Positions 50,311 to 59,946 of a DNA stretch of 64,000 bases are shown piece after piece. The DNA is from Bacteroidales bacterium. Lineage in GTDB: Bacteria; Bacteroidota; Bacteroidia; Bacteroidales; WCHB1-69. The notes under the pieces were generated by a model. That model was not told the origin of the DNA and searched no databases. It saw only the letters and a program-made list of their open reading frames with translations. The stretch lies in assembly GCA_024400635.1 (NCBI GenBank), contig JAKSMI010000007.1, positions 14,363 to 78,362 on the forward strand. Direction: 5' to 3'. Each line of letters starts with the position of its first letter. The first letter of the stretch is position 1. Made by a program: the position numbers and the translations under genes.

Positions 50311-50533
50311 AAAAAAAATCATTTGAAATTCATGAGTCGTGGTTTTTTTTTTGGAAATACACGGGGGGGGGGTAACTTACTATATACTAATGAGTTATAA
50401 TTTGTGCGGGAGAGTGGGAAATATGTAAAAGAGGGAAGATGATATTGTCACTCAATGTGGGCCGTTTTTTTTTCTTGTCGCTGTCGAGGTGAAAAAACGC
50501 AATGAGTAATGGATTCGCTTCATGTTTTATCTA

Positions 50534-51310
50534 TTAAAACTCTATTTCGTACCATTCCATTTTGCGCTTTGCGTAGCGTTCTTTGGCACGCTTGATGTAT
50601 TCTTCGTCGAAGCTGATGCGCCCGAATTTGTATGTGAGGGCACTGATTTGGCCAGCCCTACGACAAAGATATCCTGACGGTTTGGCAGGATTGCGCTTCA
50701 GTGGAGCAGGGTAGCATGCCGTAATGAGGGCAGACTGGTACAGGTTTAACTTGGCGGCGCTTTTATGAAAGTAGTGCTGTGCGGCAGCTTCAGCGCCATA
50801 GATGCCATCACCCATTTCGATGACGTTGAGATATACTTCCATAATTCGTTCTTTGCTCCAGAACGTTTCAATGAGGAATGTGAAATAGACTTCTGCGCCT
50901 TTGCGAATCCAGGAGTGGCCGGGCCAGAGGAAGACGTTCTTGGCGGTTTGCTGCGAGATGGTGCTGGCGCCACGATTGCGGCCACGGGTTTTGTGCTCGT
51001 CGATGGCGCGCTGTATGGCACGCCAATCAAAACCACGATGCGAAAGGAAGTTGTTGTCTTCAGAGGCAATGGCGCAAGATACCATGTGGCGGGAAATCTG
51101 ATCGATGTCGCGCCATTCCTTTTCGATGGGCGTTCCATTCTGAACTTTTCGAATGACCATCAGCGGGGTGAATGGCGGATTGATCCATCGATATGCTAAA
51201 GGCAGCAAAATGCTGATGATGAAAATGATGAGAATGATTTTTCCAAGAACACGGAAGAATTTTCGCACGGGAGTTTGTTTGCTTTGCCCTGTTTTTTTCT
51301 TTTTAACCAT
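50534..51310 (-). CDS. mtgA: Monofunctional peptidoglycan transglycosylase
   Basis: IASEDNNF.SHRGFD, RGASTISQQTAKNVFLW, KERIMEVYLN. Confidence 0.95.
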   Translation of the reverse strand: MVKKKKTGQSKQTPVRKFFRVLGKIILIIFIISILLPLAYRWINPPFTPLMVIRKVQNGTPIEKEWRDIDQISRHMVSCAIASEDNNFLSHRGFDWRAIQRAIDEHKTRGRNRGASTISQQTAKNVFLWPGHSWIRKGAEVYFTFLIETFWSKERIMEVYLNVIEMGDGIYGAEAAAQHYFHKSAAKLNLYQSALITACYPAPLKRNPAKPSGYLCRRAGQISALTYKFGRISFDEEYIKRAKERYAKRKMEWYEIEF

Positions 51311-51322
51311 AACAGATTAGAT

Positions 51323-51360
51323 AAAAAAAAAGTCGAAACGAAAAAACGTTCCGACTTTTA
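51323..51360 (-). terminator. Intrinsic terminator after rpmG-DUF4295
   Basis: Minus strand AAAAGTCGGAACG-TTTTTT-CGTTTCGAC followed by a T run. Confidence 0.7.
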
Positions 51361-51377
51361 ACCATGAAAACAAAATA

Positions 51378-51533
51378 TTACTTTTTAGCCAAAAAGTCTT
51401 TTACGTTAGTGGATTCAACTACAGCTTCTTTGAAAGTGTAGGCTCCAGTCTTGGGTGAACGTTCCATTTTAACAACGCGAGTGTATGCGACGCCACCTTC
51501 TCTTTTCAATGTTGCAACAACCTTCTTTGCCAT
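51378..51533 (-). CDS. DUF4295 small protein
   Basis: Manual translation MAKKVVATLKREGGVAYTRVVKMERSPKTGAYTFKEAVVESTNVKDFLAKK; usual position after rpmG in Bacteroidetes. Confidence 0.85.
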   Translation of the reverse strand: MAKKVVATLKREGGVAYTRVVKMERSPKTGAYTFKEAVVESTNVKDFLAKK

Positions 51534-51548
51534 TTTTCTATAATTTTA

Positions 51549-51737
51549 TTATTTAACTTCTTTGTGAACGGTTACACGTTTCAAATAAGGATTGTATTTT
51601 TTCAGTTCCAATCTTTCAGTCGTGTTTTTTCTGTTTTTCGTGGTGATGTATCTTGACATTCCAGGAACGCCGCTGGCTTTCTGTTCGGTGCATTCCAAAA
51701 TCACCTGTTGTCTTGCTTCTTTATTTTTCTTTGCCAT
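51549..51737 (-). CDS. rpmG: 50S ribosomal protein L33 (non-zinc form)
   Basis: QVILECTE...[23 protein letters not shown]. Confidence 0.97.
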   Translation of the reverse strand: MAKKNKEARQQVILECTEQKASGVPGMSRYITTKNRKNTTERLELKKYNPYLKRVTVHKEVK

Positions 51738-51834
51738 AACACTAAAATTTTTCTATTTTGTTCTCTTTATTTTTTGAGTTTGCAAAAGTACGATTTTTTT
51801 CAATACGAAAAGCATCAATTTGAAAATATTTTTC

Positions 51835-52845
51835 TCAACCAACGATTCTTACTTCAGCTTCAATGGTTACGCCGAATTTTTCTTTGACAGAGTTGATGAT
51901 TTGACGACTGTAGTCAAGTACCTCGCAGCCTTTGGCATTGCCCCAATTGACGATGACCAGTGCCTGATTGGGATACACGCTCACGTCGCCGATCCGACGC
52001 TGTTTCCAACCACAAAGTTCAATAAGTTGGCCCGCTGCCAATTTCTCTCCTTCAGCTGTGGGATGATGAACTATGTCCTTAAATTTGGAAGAAAGTTGTT
52101 CAAATTCCGCATGACTGATAACGGGATTTTTGAAGAAACTGCCCGCACAGCCGATTTTTGTAATGTCTGGCAATTTGCTGTTGCGGATTTTAACCACTGT
52201 CTCAGCGATTAATGGCAGAGACAATTCTTTTCCACTGTGTTCTAATTCATCAGCTAATTGCTTGTAATTCAGTTGGTAATTTGCGTTTTTGCTTAACTTG
52301 AAAACCACGTGGGAAATCAAGCATTGTCCTTTTAATCCATTCTTGAAGATGGAATCTCGGTAAGCGAATTGGCATTCTTCATTATATAATACAAAGGTCT
52401 TGCCGTCTGGCAGATGAAACCCTTCAACCTGATAAATAACGTCCTTCACTTCAGCACCATAAGCACCGATGTTTTGTACGGGGCAACTGCCCACCAAACC
52501 AGGAATTCCCGCTAAATTTTCTACGCCGTAAAAACCGTTTTTAACGCAGAAATCTACAAAATCATCCCATATTTCGCCACCAGCGGCTCGGACATAAACA
52601 TCTTCGTCAGTCTTGTTAATAATCTCTATTCCTTTGGTTTTTAAATGGAGAATCGTTCCTTCGAAATCGTTGATAAACAAAACATTGCTACCTCCACCGA
52701 GAATGAAAAATTTGTCGTTGAAAACTTCTTGTAGGAAAAGTTGTTCAAAATCTTCATTGTTGTCGATTTCTATCAACTTTTGGCATTGGCAATCAATGGC
52801 GAAGGTGTTGAATGGCTTAAGTGATATGTTATTGTGAATGTGCAT
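51835..52845 (-). CDS. murB: UDP-N-acetylmuramate dehydrogenase
   Basis: LGGGSNVLF, ENLAGIPG, QNIGAYG, AYRDSIFK, AGSFFKNP, QALVIVN. Confidence 0.95.
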   Translation of the reverse strand: MHIHNNISLKPFNTFAIDCQCQKLIEIDNNEDFEQLFLQEVFNDKFFILGGGSNVLFINDFEGTILHLKTKGIEIINKTDEDVYVRAAGGEIWDDFVDFCVKNGFYGVENLAGIPGLVGSCPVQNIGAYGAEVKDVIYQVEGFHLPDGKTFVLYNEECQFAYRDSIFKNGLKGQCLISHVVFKLSKNANYQLNYKQLADELEHSGKELSLPLIAETVVKIRNSKLPDITKIGCAGSFFKNPVISHAEFEQLSSKFKDIVHHPTAEGEKLAAGQLIELCGWKQRRIGDVSVYPNQALVIVNWGNAKGCEVLDYSRQIINSVKEKFGVTIEAEVRIVG

Positions 52846-52915
52846 GTTGAAAAATATTTTGTTTATAGGAAAGGCAAACCGCCGCGCATCTCTATAATTT
52901 AATTTTTTTTGTTTT

Positions 52916-53998
52916 TCATTTGTCACTCTTTTCGTTCAGCGTTAGCAGGAAGGCCTTCAGTTGCGAAATTTGCTGGGGCGTGAGTCTTGTGCCTCCGTCG
53001 CTAACATGGTGCATCAACGGACTTACGTACGGTGTGTTGCAGAGCCCGGAGTTGTAAAATTCCAATACTTCATCTAAGGTCTTGAAGCGCCCATCGTGCA
53101 TATAGGGTGCGGTTTTAGCGATGTTGCGCAAAGTTGGGGCTCTGTAAGCTCCATGATCCATGGCATCACCTGTGACCGCAAAGCGGTCTTGTGAGTCTGT
53201 AAATTCAGCATATAATCCGTTGTTGTAGAATAAATTAGTTGTAAACAGAGGAGAACCTTCGCAGCCGTGGCAATGGAAGCAGTCGGCGCCACTTTCCGTA
53301 GTGAAAAGCACATAGCCGGCAAGCTCATCGTTGCTTAGTTGGGCTGCTCCTCTAAGCCAGCGGTCAAATTTTGAATCGGAACAAACGAGGGTTCGTACAT
53401 ATTGGGCAATGGCTTTTGCGATGCGTTCGGCTGTAACTTCTCGCGTGCCAAAGGCTTTCTCGAAAAGTGGCGGGTATTCGGCATTGGCTTGTATTGCAGC
53501 CACGACGTTATTGTAAGTACTGTTCATTTCGGTGGGATCGGTAAATGTCGCCAGTACAATGTTTTCGATACTCGTGGCAGCACCGTTCCAAAGATAGCCA
53601 TTATGGTTGAAAACAAGGTTGATGAGAGGAAGAGGAACATGGTGGGTGGGCTGCCCCGATAGCCCGATTGGCTGTCCGCCGGGGAAGCGTTCCCGCTCAG
53701 TACCGATATCAAAGCCGTGGCTGGCATCGTGGCAAGTACAACATGACATCATTTGGCTGCTATCGTTGCCGGTATATCCACATAAATGTCCGTCGTAGAA
53801 TAGTTTTTGACCCAGGGCAATGCCTTCCACCGTCATGGGATTGTCCTCGGGAATGTTTAGATTCGTGGGAAAATGAACTGGTATTTTGAAATCGTAAGGT
53901 GTCGCCTCAAAAACTCTTTCCGTTTTATTGCAAGAATATAAAATACTGAATATCAGTAGTAAAGAAAAATAAAACCAGAAATTTATTCTATTTCTCAT
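52916..53998 (-). CDS. Di-haem cytochrome c peroxidase (MauG/MbnH-like) lipoprotein
   Basis: Lipobox LYSC, LGQKLFYD, CCTCH and CFHCH haem motifs, PTLRNIAKTAPYMHDGRF. Confidence 0.88.
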   Translation of the reverse strand: MRNRINFWFYFSLLLIFSILYSCNKTERVFEATPYDFKIPVHFPTNLNIPEDNPMTVEGIALGQKLFYDGHLCGYTGNDSSQMMSCCTCHDASHGFDIGTERERFPGGQPIGLSGQPTHHVPLPLINLVFNHNGYLWNGAATSIENIVLATFTDPTEMNSTYNNVVAAIQANAEYPPLFEKAFGTREVTAERIAKAIAQYVRTLVCSDSKFDRWLRGAAQLSNDELAGYVLFTTESGADCFHCHGCEGSPLFTTNLFYNNGLYAEFTDSQDRFAVTGDAMDHGAYRAPTLRNIAKTAPYMHDGRFKTLDEVLEFYNSGLCNTPYVSPLMHHVSDGGTRLTPQQISQLKAFLLTLNEKSDK

Positions 53999-54000
53999 TT

Positions 54001-56667
54001 TTAAAAAAGAGACAATTGCTCACCAGTTTCATCAACTCTATCATCATTTTTCTCAGGTTTTTCGCCTTTTTCACTATCTATGTTGTCGAAAATTTCTTTG
54101 GCTACCTGCATGTCAATGTCATCCATTTCAGTGCTTTCTTCGATATCGGGTTCTTCAACTTCTTCAATGGGTTCTTCGTAAGGAAGTGGATCAATGAATT
54201 TCACGGATTTAATGGTACCGAAGTTCAATTTCTTACCTTTGGCTTTTACCCCCATCACTTCAACAAATTCGGCGCAGTTGACGATTTCTTTTTCTAATTT
54301 TTTAGGATCTTTGTGATAATAGACGACTTCCAACTGGGGCAAATAATCGATGCTCACCCCCACCATCTTGACATCCTTTTCCTGAGGGACAAATTCAATT
54401 TTTTTGGTAGTGTTTTCAGGATTGAAACGTTTGATGGTGTATTTGTTTTCTTTCTTGTTGAAATAAACAGCAGTCAAAATCTGTGTTGATTTCAACTTTT
54501 TAATTATCAAAAGATTGTCGTCAAAGTGGGCTGAAACGTCGAAGCCGATGACTTTATAATAACCTTCGCCATATACGGTGATAATTTTGTCGTCTTCCTT
54601 GAACGAGCCGAGCAGAATTCCGCGTTCGTCGGTGTTTAGTCGGGTAACGATGTCATCAAAATAGATATTGATAGCAGAAAGGGTGGAAACACCTTTTTGG
54701 CAGAGTTCGACTTTTTTGACGGGGTTTCTGGAAAGGATGTTGCCCATTGAATTTCTACCTTTGATGGCAAGCGTTGAAAAGTCAAAATCGAACTGTGTTT
54801 TTTTCAGTCCTTTTTTCTGTTTAAGAAGAACTCTTACTTTTTCAGCTTCACCATTGGGGTTGGAGGTCAGGTAGAGAACTTCGCTGCCAGTTTTGCCTTT
54901 GGTAAGGACGTATTCCTTGTCGCGGGTGACGCCGCCGATGTTAAATCTCTTGACCATGGCGGTGCCGAAAGGGCCATCAGAATAAATCATGTTGTAGATG
55001 GTACGGTCGTCATTGCGCTTGAAAACCTCTACGTGAATGATGTCCTTGCCGAAGAAATGTTTATCGGCGACTTTGCTGACCATAAAGTTGCCATCGCGTC
55101 TGAAAACGATAACTTCATCAATGTCGGAGCAATCGCAAACATACTCGACATTCTCATCGCGTTTGAGAGCCGTTCCGACGAAACCTTCCGCCTTGTCAAC
55201 GTATAATTTTTGGTTGGCAACGGCGACGGTGGCAGCTACGATGTTATCGAAATTCTTGATTTCGGTTTTACGTTCGCGACCTTTGCCGTATTTTTTCTTC
55301 AATTGTTTGAAATAATTGATGGCATAATCGATGAGATGATCCAAATGGTTCTTAACTTCATCGATGGCTGATTCTATTTCAGCGATTTTATCTTCGGCTT
55401 CTTTGATGTCGAATTTGGAAATTTTCTTTACTGGCTTTTCGCAGAGGTGGAGCACGTCGTCGCGAGTGATTTCGCGTTGGAAAAGTTTTCGGTAAGGATC
55501 GAAGGCTCGTTCAATGCTTGTCACTTGGTCGTCCCAACTGTCGGCATCTTTTTCAAGTTGTTTGTAAAGACCTTTTTCAAAGAAAATCTTTTCGAGAGAA
55601 ATCTTGTGCCATTGGTCGTTGAGTTCGTCAAGGGCGATTTCCAATTCTCGGCGCAACAGGTGGACGGTATTGTTGGTGCTGATGCGCAGGATTTCTTTAA
55701 CCGACATGAGGCAGGGCTTGCCATTATGAATGACGCAGGCATTAGGCGAATATGACATGCTGCAGTCGGTAAATGCATACAATGCATCAATGGTTTGGTC
55801 GGGAGAAACTCCAGGATGGAGATGCAACAGAATCTCGGCCTGACTGGCGGTGTTATCGTCAATCTTCTTGATTTTCAGTTTGCCCTTTTCAATTTGCGGG
55901 GTAATGGATTGAATCAGGTCGGTGGTGTTGGTCCCGTAAGGTATTTCGGTGATTACCAGTGTCTTCTTATCTAAGATTGAAATTTTGGCACGATTAAGAA
56001 TCTTACCGTTGACGCCTTCATTGTAGCGGCTTACATCGATGGATCCACCCGTTGGGAAGTCGGGATAGATTTCAAATTCGCGGTTTTCGAGGATGGCGAC
56101 GGAAGCATCCAACAACTCATTGAAGTTGTGGGGCAGAATTTTGGTGGCGATACTAACGCCTATGCCTTCTGTTCCTTGCGCCAGCAGCAGTGGGAATTTG
56201 ATGGGTAACGTGATGGGTTCTTTGTTACGGCCATCGTATGACATCTGCCAGTCGGTGGTTTTGTGGTTGAAGACCACCTCGATGGCAAATTTGGAGAGAC
56301 GCGCTTCGATGTATCGCGGAGCGGCAGCTTCGTCTCCAGTGAGGATGTTGCCCCAGTTACCTTGCGTGTCAATGACCAGACCTTTTTGTCCCAATTGTAC
56401 CAGTGCGTCGCCGATGGAGGCATCACCATGGGGGTGGTATTTCATCGTGTTGCCGATGATGTTGGCTACCTTGTTGAAACGGCCGTCTTCCAACTCGTCC
56501 ATTGAGTGCAGAATGCGTCGCTGTACAGGCTTCAGGCCATCAGTGACTTCAGGAATGGCACGATTCAAATTGACGTACGAGGCATAGTCGAGAAAATAAT
56601 TCTCGAAGATGGAACCTATGTGTACGACATTCTTTAAGGTTGAAGATGGAGTTTCCTCTATTTCCAT
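54001..56667 (-). CDS. parC: DNA topoisomerase IV subunit A
   Basis: DGLKPVQRRILH, YHPHGDASI, AAAPRYIEARL; Bacteroidetes ParC type. Confidence 0.9.
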   Translation of the reverse strand: MEIEETPSSTLKNVVHIGSIFENYFLDYASYVNLNRAIPEVTDGLKPVQRRILHSMDELEDGRFNKVANIIGNTMKYHPHGDASIGDALVQLGQKGLVIDTQGNWGNILTGDEAAAPRYIEARLSKFAIEVVFNHKTTDWQMSYDGRNKEPITLPIKFPLLLAQGTEGIGVSIATKILPHNFNELLDASVAILENREFEIYPDFPTGGSIDVSRYNEGVNGKILNRAKISILDKKTLVITEIPYGTNTTDLIQSITPQIEKGKLKIKKIDDNTASQAEILLHLHPGVSPDQTIDALYAFTDCSMSYSPNACVIHNGKPCLMSVKEILRISTNNTVHLLRRELEIALDELNDQWHKISLEKIFFEKGLYKQLEKDADSWDDQVTSIERAFDPYRKLFQREITRDDVLHLCEKPVKKISKFDIKEAEDKIAEIESAIDEVKNHLDHLIDYAINYFKQLKKKYGKGRERKTEIKNFDNIVAATVAVANQKLYVDKAEGFVGTALKRDENVEYVCDCSDIDEVIVFRRDGNFMVSKVADKHFFGKDIIHVEVFKRNDDRTIYNMIYSDGPFGTAMVKRFNIGGVTRDKEYVLTKGKTGSEVLYLTSNPNGEAEKVRVLLKQKKGLKKTQFDFDFSTLAIKGRNSMGNILSRNPVKKVELCQKGVSTLSAINIYFDDIVTRLNTDERGILLGSFKEDDKIITVYGEGYYKVIGFDVSAHFDDNLLIIKKLKSTQILTAVYFNKKENKYTIKRFNPENTTKKIEFVPQEKDVKMVGVSIDYLPQLEVVYYHKDPKKLEKEIVNCAEFVEVMGVKAKGKKLNFGTIKSVKFIDPLPYEEPIEEVEEPDIEESTEMDDIDMQVAKEIFDNIDSEKGEKPEKNDDRVDETGEQLSLF

Positions 56668-56671
56668 GGTT

Positions 56672-58045
56672 TTATTTTTTCATCATTTCGCCGAAAAACT
56701 TGTAGAAGTATGGTATGGTTTCGATGCCTTTGAAGAAGTGCTCGAGTTTGTAATTCTCGTTGGGAGAATGAATAGCGTCAGAACCTAAACCGAAGCCCAT
56801 CAGGATGGATTTCACACCGAGAATGCGTTCAAAGCCAGCGATGATTGGAATACTTCCACCGCTGCGGGTTGGGATGGGACGTTTGCCGAAAGTGGTTTCG
56901 TAAGCCTTTTCGGCCGCCTTGTATGCAGGCATGTCGATGGGAGAAACGTATGCTTCTCCACCATGGCAAGGCGTGACTTTCACCTTGACGCACTTGGGTG
57001 CCATGGCTTCGAAATGATTTTGGAAAAGCTCGGCAATTTTCTGAGAATCCTGGTTGGGAACCAAACGCATGGAAATTTTGGCGTGCGCCACGGATGGCAA
57101 AACGGTCTTAGAACCTTCACCCGTGTAGCCACCCCAAATGCCGCAAACATCTAAGGTTGGACGAATGCCTGTGCGCTCAATGGTGCTATAGCCTTCTTCT
57201 CCGTGCAGCTCTTCCACATCAATGGCTTTCTTGTAATCTTCAATGTTGAACGGCGCTTGTGCCATCAGTGCGCGCTCCTCATCAGAAATTACCAAAACAT
57301 CGTCATAGAAATGAGGAATGTTGATGCGGTTCTTTTCATCGGTGAGAGAGGAAATCATTTGACAAAGTATGTTGATGGGGTTGGCAACGGCACCCCCAAA
57401 AATGCCAGAATGCAGGTCTGCATTGGGGCCAGTCACTTCAACTTCCAAATAAGTCAGACCGCGTAAGCCGACAGTGATGGAAGGCGTATCGGTGGCAATC
57501 ATACTGGTGTCGGAAACAAGGATGATGTCTGATTTAAGTAATTCTTTGTTTTGTTCGCAGAAGCCATACAGACTGGTGCTGCCGATTTCCTCTTCGCCTT
57601 CAAGCATGAATTTGACATTGCAAGTCAGCTGGCCAGTGGCAACGAGGTATTCAAAAGCTTTGGCGTGCATAAATGACTGTCCCTTATCGTCATCAGCCCC
57701 ACGAGCCCAGATTTTACCATCTTTAATGACGGGCTCGAAAGGTTGGGTATGCCACAATTCTTCAGGGTCAACCGGCATGACGTCGTAGTGTCCATAAACC
57801 AGCACGGTGGGAGCTTGGGGATTCACGATTTTCTCGCCATAGACGACAGGATTGCCAGCGGTGGGCATCACTTCGGCCTTGTCGGCACCAGCTGCCAGAA
57901 TAAGTTCTTTCCAACGTTCCGCACAGCGAATCATATCACCCTTGTTTTCAGCTTTCGAACTGATGGATGGAATGCGAATCAGACTGAATAGTTCTTCAAG
58001 GAATCTGTCCTTGTTATTTTCAATGTATGATTTTAGGTCTTTCAT
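56672..58045 (-). CDS. M20-family dipeptidase
   Basis: YGHYDVMP, ARGADDDKGQ, EGEEEIGS, GGSIP, IHSPNE. Confidence 0.92.
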   Translation of the reverse strand: MKDLKSYIENNKDRFLEELFSLIRIPSISSKAENKGDMIRCAERWKELILAAGADKAEVMPTAGNPVVYGEKIVNPQAPTVLVYGHYDVMPVDPEELWHTQPFEPVIKDGKIWARGADDDKGQSFMHAKAFEYLVATGQLTCNVKFMLEGEEEIGSTSLYGFCEQNKELLKSDIILVSDTSMIATDTPSITVGLRGLTYLEVEVTGPNADLHSGIFGGAVANPINILCQMISSLTDEKNRINIPHFYDDVLVISDEERALMAQAPFNIEDYKKAIDVEELHGEEGYSTIERTGIRPTLDVCGIWGGYTGEGSKTVLPSVAHAKISMRLVPNQDSQKIAELFQNHFEAMAPKCVKVKVTPCHGGEAYVSPIDMPAYKAAEKAYETTFGKRPIPTRSGGSIPIIAGFERILGVKSILMGFGLGSDAIHSPNENYKLEHFFKGIETIPYFYKFFGEMMKK

Positions 58046-58106
58046 AATAACTGATTTTTAAAACGACATCTTTTCGATTCGGTTAATATTCTACCCCTTG
58101 TTGATT

Positions 58107-59870
58107 TTAGAATCCGAAAATCTGTTTTAGAGCGGCATTGAGAGAATCCCCGCGAAGGTTCTTTGCCAAAATCCGGCCTTCTCTGTCGATGAGGAAGGTA
58201 CATGGAATGGAAGAAACACCATACAATTTGGCAGCCGCTGATGACCAATATTTGAGGTCACTGACGTGGTTTTCCCAAATCAGACCATCTTTGGCAATGG
58301 CATTTACCCAACTTTCGCGTTCGCGGTCAAGTGAAACACTGAAGACTTCAAAACCTTGCTCATGGTATTTCTGGTAGGCGGCAACCACGTGTGGATTTTC
58401 GCCACGGCAGGGACGGCACCAGGAAGCCCAGAAATCAATCAATACCACTTTCCCACGCAAATCCGACAACTTCCTTTCCTTTCCATAAGGATCATTGAAG
58501 GCCAATTCCGGAGCAATGGAACCCACTGCTGTAGAGTTGGCTGGAGTGTTTTCAAAAGCGAATTTTTTCTTTACGATTTCGTGTTCGGGATATTTTGCAT
58601 TCAAAGCAGTAACTACGTCTTTGTGCAGTGAGGCATATTTTTCGCGTGGAAAATTGTCAATGAACATCAGGACTGCAATGTCATCCTTGTGCAATTGAAT
58701 CAATTCCAGCATTTCCGTATTGCGGGAGGAACTTTCTTTATCGTAGTATGTCTGATATGATTTTACAATGGTGTTGACGTTGTTTTGTGAATTCGTGAAA
58801 ATAGCTTTGCCATTCTGGGTTTCTTGAGCTACGCAACGTTCCAATTCAGAACGATTGGTTGTTGTTTTATTATATTGGTAATCAATAAGTTCTTTAACTT
58901 TTTGGCACCAATCGACTTTGACAGCTTTTTTGTCAAACAAGTCATTGAAAACCAAACTGTCACGAATGGCAATCAAATCTTTGGCCTGTTCAACAATGGG
59001 TTTGTAAACATTTTCGGCTTCGGTATGTATGGAATTCATAACGCTAAGATAGTCCTTTACTTGTGCGAAAAATGAATCGTAACCATCGATGTGCTGCGTC
59101 CTGTAATCATATAAAGTGAAGGCATTGTGGATGAAATTGTCTACGGGATTGTATGCATCAACAATTTCCCGGAGATATTTATTTGAATAATAGCAGTAAT
59201 CATTCAAATATTTAGGGTTGAGTTTGCCTTTCGGACAGCAGAAATCGGTTTTGGATTTCAAGGAATCCAGATTCATGGCTACGTCAAGAATGTCGCGGTT
59301 GACATCATTGTTCGTTTGATAAAAATTATTGAAGTTCTGAGTATAGCCTGTGAAGAAAATTTGATTCTTGTCGTGTTGCAAAGTGTAATTAATGCTGTCG
59401 AGCAGATTTTTGCTTGCGGTAATCTTGTCAATCATTGTTTTAACGAAAGTCATAGATTCAGAACCCGAAACTTCCGGAATAAGTTGCAGGTTGTCCGCAT
59501 CAATGACAATATCAATGACTTGATTCTGATCAAGGACAATCAACATATTCTCATTTTCAGTGAAAGACAACATATAAATGTCGTTTTTTGTCACCGTTGA
59601 CTGCAGTTCGAATGTGCCGTCTTCAGCAATGCTTGCTTCACCGAAAGTTTCGTTACTTGTACCATACGCAACTTTCAAAATCACCTTCTGAAATTTGTTG
59701 TTCTGGATTTTCCCTTTGATGACAGGAGACTTTGTTTTTGCCTTGGCTGGTGCAAAATAACCGATATTGTCTGATGTTAAGTTGTAATTAGCTGATGCAA
59801 AAGAATTTGAAACAAAAGAAAAGGCAACTGCAATGGTCAGTACCAAAACTAAAATCTTAATGTTTTTCAT
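58107..59870 (-). CDS. TlpA disulfide reductase family protein with a long N-terminal/central region
   Basis: Signal peptide; LIDFWASWCRPCR C-terminal thioredoxin fold. Confidence 0.85.
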   Translation of the reverse strand: MKNIKILVLVLTIAVAFSFVSNSFASANYNLTSDNIGYFAPAKAKTKSPVIKGKIQNNKFQKVILKVAYGTSNETFGEASIAEDGTFELQSTVTKNDIYMLSFTENENMLIVLDQNQVIDIVIDADNLQLIPEVSGSESMTFVKTMIDKITASKNLLDSINYTLQHDKNQIFFTGYTQNFNNFYQTNNDVNRDILDVAMNLDSLKSKTDFCCPKGKLNPKYLNDYCYYSNKYLREIVDAYNPVDNFIHNAFTLYDYRTQHIDGYDSFFAQVKDYLSVMNSIHTEAENVYKPIVEQAKDLIAIRDSLVFNDLFDKKAVKVDWCQKVKELIDYQYNKTTTNRSELERCVAQETQNGKAIFTNSQNNVNTIVKSYQTYYDKESSSRNTEMLELIQLHKDDIAVLMFIDNFPREKYASLHKDVVTALNAKYPEHEIVKKKFAFENTPANSTAVGSIAPELAFNDPYGKERKLSDLRGKVVLIDFWASWCRPCRGENPHVVAAYQKYHEQGFEVFSVSLDRERESWVNAIAKDGLIWENHVSDLKYWSSAAAKLYGVSSIPCTFLIDREGRILAKNLRGDSLNAALKQIFGF

Positions 59871-59946
59871 GTGATTATGAATTAATGTAAATAATTGGCA
59901 AATTTACACAATTTTTTTGAATAAAATGGACCTCTGTTCTTAATGC

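Noticed and set aside
50220-50530. Invertible promoter of the Bacteroides fragilis type
   Set aside because: No convincing flanking inverted repeats and no recombinase in the window
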